DNA of 14,364 nucleotides from assembly GCA_033764955.1 (NCBI GenBank), contig JANRIL010000021.1:1-14364 (forward strand), read 5' to 3'. The notes under the pieces are model-generated. The model saw only the letters and a program-made list of their open reading frames with translations, was not told where the DNA came from and made no database searches. Shown one piece after another: positions 8,037 through 14,364 of the stretch. The stretch is from Cyanobacteriota bacterium. GTDB lineage: Bacteria > Cyanobacteriota > Cyanobacteriia > Thermostichales > Thermostichaceae. Each line of letters begins with the position of its first letter. The first letter of the stretch is position 1. Made by a program: the position numbers and the translations under genes.

Positions 8037-9875
8037 TTAGGAGAGAGGGCGGAGGATCAACCAAGCTCCTGCCACCACCACCGCCATCACAATCGTTAAC
8101 AGATAAAGCTGCATCCGACCGGAGACTGTGTACTTGAGGCTTTCTCCCCCCGCTAAGAAGGCTAAGCTCACGCCATTCACCACCCCATCCACCCAATAGC
8201 GGTCAAACCAGGTAGAAAGTTTGGATCCCAACGCAAACGGAACCACGACAATCTGCTGATAAAATCGCTCGACATAAAAATCATAGGCAAACAGGTTTTG
8301 CAGTTGTCTCCAAGCTAGTTTGACCGGTTGAGGCCGCTCGGTTGCCCAATACAGACGGATCCCTACCATCATCCCCAACCCGCTAGAAGCAACCAACAGC
8401 AGGGCAGATTGCTGGGTGGAGGGAGTCCAAATGGGCAAAAGATGCCAGGTCGCCAGCAAAAGCGGCATCAATAGGTTCATGACCGCCATAAACACCATCG
8501 GCACCGCCATCGGCCAGGGAACTTCTGGGGCGCGGCGGGTTTTGGGTTGGGGCTTACCCTGAAAGATCAGGCCAAAAATACGAGTCAGGTTAAAGGCGGT
8601 CAGGCCATTTACCCCCAGCAACACCCCCATCAGCCAAGGCTGAGCACCCATAAATACCTGCGCCAAATGCACCATCCCCCAAAACCCCCCCAGCGGCAAA
8701 AAGCTGATCATGGCCGCCGATCCGACCGCAAAGGCGGTGGTGGTGGCGGGCATCCGCGAGCGCAGCCCCCCCATTTCGGTAAGATCTTGGGTGATGATGG
8801 TCGAGATAATCGAGCCTACCCCCATAAATAGGAGGGCTTTTGCCAAGGCATGGGCAAACAAAAAAACCAGGGCAATCTGCGGTTGTTGCAACCCTACCGC
8901 CACAAAGACCAACCCCAAATAGGCGCTGGTGGAATGGGAGAGCGTCCGTTTAATATCGATTTGGGCGATGGAGACCAGAGAGGATCCCACTGCCGTCAGG
9001 GATCCCAAAGCCATCAATACCACCGAAACCGTAGGCGATAGCACCAGCACAGGCTGTAGCTTAATTAAGACATAGGCTCCGCAGGCCACCACCACTGAGT
9101 TTCGCAGAATGGAGGCAGGGTTGGGACCTTCCATCGCTTCATCCAACCAAAGGTGCAAGGGAAACTGAGCGCACTTGCCGGTTGGCCCCGCGATCAGCGC
9201 CAAACCCAACAGGGTAGCCAGCCAGGGGGCAAGATCGGCGGTAGCAGCCCAGGCGGCGAGATCCGAGAAATTCAGGCTGCCCGCCAAAGTGGCTAATCCG
9301 ACAACCCCCATCAGCAGCAGCAGATCTCCCACCCGCTTCGTTAAAAAAGCATCCCGTGCCGCTTTCACCACCAGCGGCTGGGCATACCAAAACCCCACCA
9401 GCAAATAGGTGGAGAGGGTAAGCATCTCCAGCAGGGCATAGCTGAGAAAGAGGGAATCACTGATGGCAATCCCACTCATCGCCCCTTCAAAAAAGCCCAT
9501 CAACGCATAAAAGCGAGCCAACCCCCAGTCTTTTTCCAGATAACCCAGCGCATAAATTTGAGCCAATAGACTGAGGCTAGTGATCAAAACGGAGGCTCCC
9601 ACACTGACGGGAGAAACCTCCAGCACCCAATCCAGACGGAGATCCACGATATGGAGCCAGGGAATCACCACCGAGCTAGGGGGTTCAGGCCAGATTTGGA
9701 TAAGCAAAACTAGACTATGTCCGAGAGCCAGCAGGGTTGCCAGGATATTGAGGTAAGCAGCCGGACGTGGCCCTGTTTGGCGGATCAGGCCAATCGCCCA
9801 AGGTAAGGTTAGAAAGGCTCCAATTAGTCCGTAACAAGGGATCCACCAACTGGTATCAAGGAGAAAGTGCGGCAT
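8037..9875 (-). CDS. ndhF4: NAD(P)H dehydrogenase subunit 5 (NuoL-like), CO2-uptake paralogue NdhF4
   Basis: TGPRPAAYLN, GFWYAQPLVVKAARDAFLTKRVGD, GKCAQFPLHLWLDEAMEGPNPAS and TRRAPEVPWPM. ATG at 9875 (alternative TTG at 9881). F4 rather than F3 is inferred from linkage to cupB. Confidence 0.92.
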   Translation of the reverse strand: MPHFLLDTSWWIPCYGLIGAFLTLPWAIGLIRQTGPRPAAYLNILATLLALGHSLVLLIQIWPEPPSSVVIPWLHIVDLRLDWVLEVSPVSVGASVLITSLSLLAQIYALGYLEKDWGLARFYALMGFFEGAMSGIAISDSLFLSYALLEMLTLSTYLLVGFWYAQPLVVKAARDAFLTKRVGDLLLLMGVVGLATLAGSLNFSDLAAWAATADLAPWLATLLGLALIAGPTGKCAQFPLHLWLDEAMEGPNPASILRNSVVVACGAYVLIKLQPVLVLSPTVSVVLMALGSLTAVGSSLVSIAQIDIKRTLSHSTSAYLGLVFVAVGLQQPQIALVFLFAHALAKALLFMGVGSIISTIITQDLTEMGGLRSRMPATTTAFAVGSAAMISFLPLGGFWGMVHLAQVFMGAQPWLMGVLLGVNGLTAFNLTRIFGLIFQGKPQPKTRRAPEVPWPMAVPMVFMAVMNLLMPLLLATWHLLPIWTPSTQQSALLLVASSGLGMMVGIRLYWATERPQPVKLAWRQLQNLFAYDFYVERFYQQIVVVPFALGSKLSTWFDRYWVDGVVNGVSLAFLAGGESLKYTVSGRMQLYLLTIVMAVVVAGAWLILRPLS

Positions 9876-9922
9876 TGCCAAACTGGATCAAAAAATAAAG
9901 TTTCTCTTTATCAGTATTTCTC

Positions 9923-9944
9923 ATGTTGATCAGATGTTGATCAG
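9923..9944. repeat. Perfect 11-bp tandem direct repeat (ATGTTGATCAG)x2 in the ndhF4/pilT divergent promoter region
   Basis: Read directly from the sequence. Each unit contains the palindrome TGATCA. Confidence 0.75.
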
Positions 9945-10221
9945 AATCCTCACAGCAATTTCTTGGACAAGCTGTTGGGGGCACTCTTCTCAGCAGGGAA
10001 ACGCTCTACTGGAGACTCGCCAGCCTCGCCTGATGGGGGGCACAAGGAACCGCTGCCATCTGGGGAAAAAAACGTCTTGAAAAAAGGTAGATAAAGTGTC
10101 TAAACCGATGCTGACTGGGGAATAGTAGTTTAGTATGAACGCAGCCCTTGCCAATGGAATCAAGGGGAAGAGTTTTCCTGAAATTCTGCCCGATCCGCGG
10201 CTGACTTTTTCGAGGCATGAC

Positions 10222-11652
10222 ATGAGCAACACCAACTCACCCTTTTCTGATTCCGAGTGGGTACCCCCTGCTCCCCCAACCATGCAACGGCCTCGCCCGA
10301 TGGCGCCTGCCGAACCTCCTACGCAGGTAGATCCCACGTTAGGTGGCTACCCTCCCTCCCCCATGATGGATCGGACGATGGCGGATCCCATGTCCCGGAG
10401 TGGGCAGTCCATCACAGGCATTGGCCCGATTACCGGCATTGGCACCCCCGCCCGCCCCCCCATCGCCGGACTCGCCCCCGCCCCCCCTCAGGCTCCCATC
10501 CCGCCGGGTGGGATCCCCTTTGCTCCTCCAGGTCGAGCATCCGCTCCGGCGGCCTCCCAAGGACGAGTTGCGGCTCAACCTCGTGCCAACCACATTACTC
10601 TGCGGCAACTGGTACAGGAAGCTTTTGATAACGGTTACTCCGACATTCACCTGGGTGTAGGGGAAGTCCCGCGCTTTCGGGATCGCGGTCAAATGCTCCT
10701 CACTTCCTACCCCGTGACCACGATGGAGATCTACTATGACTGGTTACGGGAAAGCTTACCGGAAAGTCAAATCCGCCAGTTTGAAGAAACGATGGAACTG
10801 GATACGGCAGTGCAATATGAAGGATTGGTGCGCTGCCGGGTCAACTGCTTTGTTTCGTTGCTAGGGCCAGCCATGGTGATGCGACTCATCCCCATCAAAA
10901 TCCTCAGCTTGGAGCAGTTGCGTTGTCCAGAAATCTTTAAGGTGATCTCTCGAGAGCATAAGGGGTTGGTCTTGGTGACAGGGCCAACCGGATCGGGTAA
11001 ATCCACCACCATGGCGGCGATGGTGGACTTTATCAACACCAACGATCCCAAGCACATCATCTCCATCGAAGACCCCGTAGAATTTGTCCACCAAAGTAAG
11101 AAATCCATGATCCGGCAACGGGAAGTAGGCATCCACACGCTAGAGTTTGCCAACGCCCTAAAAGCCTCGCTGCGGGAGGATCCCGATGTGATTCTGATTG
11201 GGGAGATGCGGGATCGAGAAACGGTAGATACAGCCATCAAAGCGGCTCAAACCGGACACTTAGTCTTCGGCACCCTCCACACCAACAGTGCTGTCAAAAC
11301 CATTGAACGTCTGCTGGGTATCTATCGCCCCGAAGAACAGGAGCCAATGCGGATGCAGTTGGCGGAGACCCTGGTGGGGATCATTGCCCAAACCCTAGTC
11401 CGCACCACCGATGGCAAACGCTGCGCCGCCCACGAAATTATGCGGAACACCGATGCCATTCGTGACTACATCAAGCGGGGGGCGGTGGACGAGATCGAAG
11501 AGTTGATCATGGCGGATAGTTTCGAGGGGATGCAGACCATGAACCAATCTCTCTTTAATCTCTATCAAGAAGGGCGGATCACCGAGGAAGTCTGTTTGGA
11601 TGCGGCTCCCCGCCAAAACGAGATGGCGCAATGGTTGCGGGGACGGATTTAG
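10222..11652 (+). CDS. pilT: Type IV pilus retraction ATPase, PilT2-type with a Pro-rich N-terminal extension
   Basis: SDIHL, GPTGSGKS (Walker A), SIEDPVE (Asp box), LREDPDVILIGEMRD (Walker B), TGHLVFGTLH (His box), AIRDYIKR (variant of AIRNLIRE) and GMQTMN. ATG at 10222 is preferred (GAGG upstream); the ORF is open from 10135. Confidence 0.93.
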   Translation: MSNTNSPFSDSEWVPPAPPTMQRPRPMAPAEPPTQVDPTLGGYPPSPMMDRTMADPMSRSGQSITGIGPITGIGTPARPPIAGLAPAPPQAPIPPGGIPFAPPGRASAPAASQGRVAAQPRANHITLRQLVQEAFDNGYSDIHLGVGEVPRFRDRGQMLLTSYPVTTMEIYYDWLRESLPESQIRQFEETMELDTAVQYEGLVRCRVNCFVSLLGPAMVMRLIPIKILSLEQLRCPEIFKVISREHKGLVLVTGPTGSGKSTTMAAMVDFINTNDPKHIISIEDPVEFVHQSKKSMIRQREVGIHTLEFANALKASLREDPDVILIGEMRDRETVDTAIKAAQTGHLVFGTLHTNSAVKTIERLLGIYRPEEQEPMRMQLAETLVGIIAQTLVRTTDGKRCAAHEIMRNTDAIRDYIKRGAVDEIEELIMADSFEGMQTMNQSLFNLYQEGRITEEVCLDAAPRQNEMAQWLRGRI

Positions 11653-11896
11653 GCTGGGGGGAAACCAGAGGAAACTCTATGAACGGGGATGGCAGTTGAG
11701 GAGAGTCAACGGCTGCCTTACACTGAAAGGGCGATGGTTTATCCCTTGGCTGGATCCCTGCCAAGAGTGGCTTAGCGAGAATATCCAGATGCGGGAGTCC
11801 CGTTGCGTTTTATATCTTGAGGATGGTTCAGGTCAGTTTTTGTGATCTGATGGTAGTAATTAGGATCCCTTTTTAGTAAATAGGAGATGATTGGCT

Positions 11897-12382
11897 GTGA
11901 GTGTCATTAATCAGGTCATTGAGGTGGCAGATGACCAACTGCGTTATCCCTCAGTCAGTGAATTGCAGGCGGTGCGGGACTATATGGCTTCCGGCGCGAT
12001 GCGCCTACAAATTGCCAACACCTTGACCGAAAACAAAAAACGCATCATCGATCAAGCCCAAAAGCAACTGTTTAACAAACGGCCTGATTACCTGCAAGTT
12101 GGGGGCAACGCCTATGGGGATAAAAAATATAACCAATGCCTACGGGATTATGACTGGTATCTGCGGCTAGCCACCTATGGCATCATTGCCGGATCCAAGC
12201 AGCCCATTGAAGCCACCGGATTGGTGGGAGTGCGGGAGATGTATAACTCTCTAAATGTGCCGATTCCGGGCATGATTGATGCCATCCGCTTTTTGAAGGA
12301 AGCTGCCCTCAGTTTGTTGGATGCAGAAGCAGCGGCAGAAGCAGCACCCTATTTTGATTACATGATTAATGCCATGGCCTGA
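11897..12382 (+). CDS. apcD: Allophycocyanin alpha-B subunit
   Basis: [21 protein letters not shown] (bilin-binding Cys), [16 protein letters not shown] and APYFDY. GTG at 11897 gives the usual 161 aa, with AGGAG about 10 nt upstream. Stand-alone gene without apcB. Confidence 0.93.
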   Translation: MSVINQVIEVADDQLRYPSVSELQAVRDYMASGAMRLQIANTLTENKKRIIDQAQKQLFNKRPDYLQVGGNAYGDKKYNQCLRDYDWYLRLATYGIIAGSKQPIEATGLVGVREMYNSLNVPIPGMIDAIRFLKEAALSLLDAEAAAEAAPYFDYMINAMA

Positions 12383-12424
12383 GGGATCCCAATGGGGGAG
12401 TTAGCGAGAGGGATCCCCTTTTTG
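12382..12424 (+). terminator. Possible terminator formed by two GGGATCCC palindromes followed by a T-run
   Basis: GGGATCCC at 12383 and 12410 can pair with each other, and TTTTT (12419-12423) follows. It sits immediately after the apcD stop. The loop is large (19 nt). Confidence 0.4.
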
Positions 12425-12521
12425 TGGATCTCCCGCTTCTCCCTCTCCGAGAGGTCAGGATTCACACTTATGGTTCACCTGTGGGGGATCCCTTTGCGAA
12501 TTCAAGAAACCATAGATAGCC

Positions 12522-13673
12522 ATGCAACCTGTTGATGTGGCAGTAGTGGGAGCTGGCTTAGCGGGTTTGTATGGAGCTAAACTGCTGGCTCAACAGGGGC
12601 ATCGGGTTTTACTGCTCGATCGCAAGTCCAGTCTGGAAAAAAATATTCACACCACTGGCATTTTTGTCCGCAAAACGTTGGAGGATTTTCAGCTACCAAC
12701 GGAGTGTTTGGGGCCAGCCGTGCGGCAGGTGATGATCTATTCGCCAGCGCGCCGCCCCCTGCGGTTGCAAAGCCCCCACGACGAGTTTCGGGCGGGCAAG
12801 ATGGGATCCCTCTATCAACACCTTTTGCAGGAATGTCAGGAGTTGGGGGTGATTTGGGCGGGGGGAACCTACTATCATTCCTCCCAGGCCACCGACCAGG
12901 GATCCCGATTGTTTCTATCCACCCACGGGGAAGCGTGGCAGGTGGAGACCCGTTGGATTGTAGGGGCGGATGGCACCCTTTCACGGGTAGCACGGGATCT
13001 CGGTCTGGATATCAACCGCGAGTGGATTGTGGGGGTAGAGGATGTGTTAGAGGGGGTGCCCTTGCAGGGGGATCCCTGTTTTCATTGTTTCTTGGATCCG
13101 CAGCTTTCCCCCGGTTATCTGGCTTGGGTAGCCCATGATGGCGAAGAGGTTCATTTGGGGGTGGGGGGATATGCCCACCAATTCAAGCCTTTGCAGGCGT
13201 TAGAGAAGTTTCGAGCCAGTTTGCGGGGGATCATTGATCTCAGTCAGGCACGACTTCGCCAACGGCGGGGAGGATCCATTCCGGTGGGGGGAGTCTTGCC
13301 CCATATTGTCAATCGACGCGGGTTATTGCTGGGGGATGCTGCCGGTGCCGCCTCCCCCTTGACGGCGGGAGGATTGGATCCCTGTCTGCGTCTGACAACC
13401 TTGGCGGCTGAGATTACCCATCACTATCTCAGTACCGGAGATGCGGCCATTTTACAGTCTTATGCCGGACAACAATTTCGGGATCGCTTTACAACACGGT
13501 TGTGGTTACGCCGATTGCTGGCTAGTTTGCGTCATCCTATGTTCCTAGAAACCGCCTGTGCCGTTCTACGCCTTCCCCCTTTTCAATCCCTAGCCTGGAA
13601 GATTATGTTTGGACGCAGTGAACACGCTTCTTTCCCAGATATCGAACCGATGATTGAACCCAAAATTTTGTAG
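12522..13673 (+). CDS. NAD(P)/FAD-dependent oxidoreductase, geranylgeranyl-reductase/FixC-like family, substrate unknown
   Basis: DVAVVGAGLAG (Rossmann GxGxxG), IVGADG (DG motif) and LLGDAAGAASPLTAGG (GD motif). Confidence 0.88.
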   Translation: MQPVDVAVVGAGLAGLYGAKLLAQQGHRVLLLDRKSSLEKNIHTTGIFVRKTLEDFQLPTECLGPAVRQVMIYSPARRPLRLQSPHDEFRAGKMGSLYQHLLQECQELGVIWAGGTYYHSSQATDQGSRLFLSTHGEAWQVETRWIVGADGTLSRVARDLGLDINREWIVGVEDVLEGVPLQGDPCFHCFLDPQLSPGYLAWVAHDGEEVHLGVGGYAHQFKPLQALEKFRASLRGIIDLSQARLRQRRGGSIPVGGVLPHIVNRRGLLLGDAAGAASPLTAGGLDPCLRLTTLAAEITHHYLSTGDAAILQSYAGQQFRDRFTTRLWLRRLLASLRHPMFLETACAVLRLPPFQSLAWKIMFGRSEHASFPDIEPMIEPKIL

Positions 13674-13819
13674 GTTCTGATTCTGTTTCTACAAATGAGT
13701 GGCTCGATTTAAGTTTTCTATGACGTTGCGGTAATCGCTACAGTGCTCGTTAGATAGGAATAATAAGGTAGTCTGAAGTGCTCTGGGTTCTGGGATAGGT
13801 TAGCCTTCTGCTTGCCAAG

Positions 13820-14364
13820 GTTCCAATCCTCGATCGCCCCGAAGGACGATCGCAACATCGAGTTCAGGCACAAACAAATGAGAACTAACAAGTTCCAATC
13901 CTCGATCGCCCCGAAGGACGATCGCAACTGTGTACAGTCAGGCATTGTGAGAATTGTATATCCGTTCCAATCCTCGATCGCCCCGAAGGACGATCGCAAC
14001 GCCTGCCACTCCTGGACAATCTCAGCACGCGCTATTGGGGTTCCAATCCTCGATCGCCCCGAAGGACGATCGCAACGGATACCTACACGGGCTACCAGAT
14101 CCTAGGAGGGGTTCCAATCCTCGATCGCCCCGAAGGACGATCGCAACATTGCTTTCGCGGTGCAGGATCCCCGATCTGATTGGTTCCAATCCTCGATCGC
14201 CCCGAAGGACGATCGCAACTCATCTGGAATAGTCTTGGGCCAATTTACGATTTCGTTCCAATCCTCGATCGCCCCGAAGGACGATCGCAACAATACCCAA
14301 GTCGGTAGCTCAGCTTGGGTGATACCAGTTCCAATCCTCGATCGCCCCGAAGGACGATCGCAAC
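13820..14364 (-). CRISPR. CRISPR array: 8 identical 37-bp repeats and 7 spacers, probably truncated at the window end
   Basis: Plus-strand repeat GTTCCAATCCTCGATCGCCCCGAAGGACGATCGCAAC starts at 13820, 13892, 13964, 14040, 14111, 14183, 14255 and 14328. The spacers are unique, of 35, 35, 39, 34, 35, 35 and 36 bp. Strand is inferred from the hairpin (G-U pair, UUCG loop) and the ATTGGAAC 3' end. Confidence 0.99.

Larger units (their letters stand above)
375..13076. repeat. Highly iterated palindrome GGGATCCC (HIP1 variant) dispersed through the window
   Basis: Perfect copies found by eye at about 375, 972, 990, 2313, 2959, 3551, 5121, 6850, 7510, 7806, 8999, 10510, 12383, 12410, 12485, 12803, 12899 and 13069, plus many 7/8 matches. 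Fewer than one copy is expected by chance. Confidence 0.92.

Noticed and set aside
6632..9408. Many alternative-frame and antisense ORFs inside ndhD4/ndhF4 (likewise inside dnaA, cupB, pilT and the oxidoreductase)
   Set aside because: Shadow ORFs of well-supported genes, with no recognisable domains.
11653..11890. Small hairpins and an 81-aa ORF between pilT and apcD as a riboswitch or small gene
   Set aside because: No recognisable riboswitch consensus. The ORF overlaps pilT and has no recognisable motif. The GGCAGTTGA/TCAACGGCTGCC hairpin lacks a clear U-tract.
11897..12382. Far-red or low-light ApcD paralogue (FaRLiP/LoLiP)
   Set aside because: The sequence looks like standard ApcD with the bilin Cys retained, and no apcB paralogue, isiX or FaRLiP cluster is adjacent.
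13718..14293. ORFs with repeated peptides (LRSSFGAIEDWN, FQSSIAPKDDRN)
   Set aside because: These are translations of the CRISPR repeats, not genes.
14292..14327. Spacer 7 resembles a tRNA D-arm (GTAGCTCAGCTTGG) and has an internal inverted repeat (ACCCAAG/CTTGGGT)
   Set aside because: The closing D-stem (GAGC) is absent and the match is short enough to be chance.

Overview
Chromosomal window from a cyanobacterium, very probably a thermophilic Thermostichus (Yellowstone-type 'Synechococcus' lineage), judged from the dense GGGATCCC palindrome (about 18 perfect copies by hand count) and the gene content. Left to right: a terminator hairpin; a probably secreted protein made of plant-type 24-aa leucine-rich repeats directly downstream of dnaA (minus strand); a divergent operon of rpmH (missing from the ORF track), rnpA, a PH-domain::HLIP fusion and a GT4 glycosyltransferase, with no yidC; the convergent CO2-uptake operon ndhF4-ndhD4-cupB; a PilT2-type ATPase; apcD; an FAD-dependent oxidoreductase; and a CRISPR array (8 identical 37-bp repeats, 7 spacers) that runs to the last base of the window. 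Repeat structure points to minus-strand transcription and type I-C-like processing. No cas genes are in view. The most unusual items are the plant-like LRR gene where dnaN normally lies, the PH-HLIP fusion next to the missing yidC, and the I-C-like array. I see no clear evidence for a wholly new multi-gene system.
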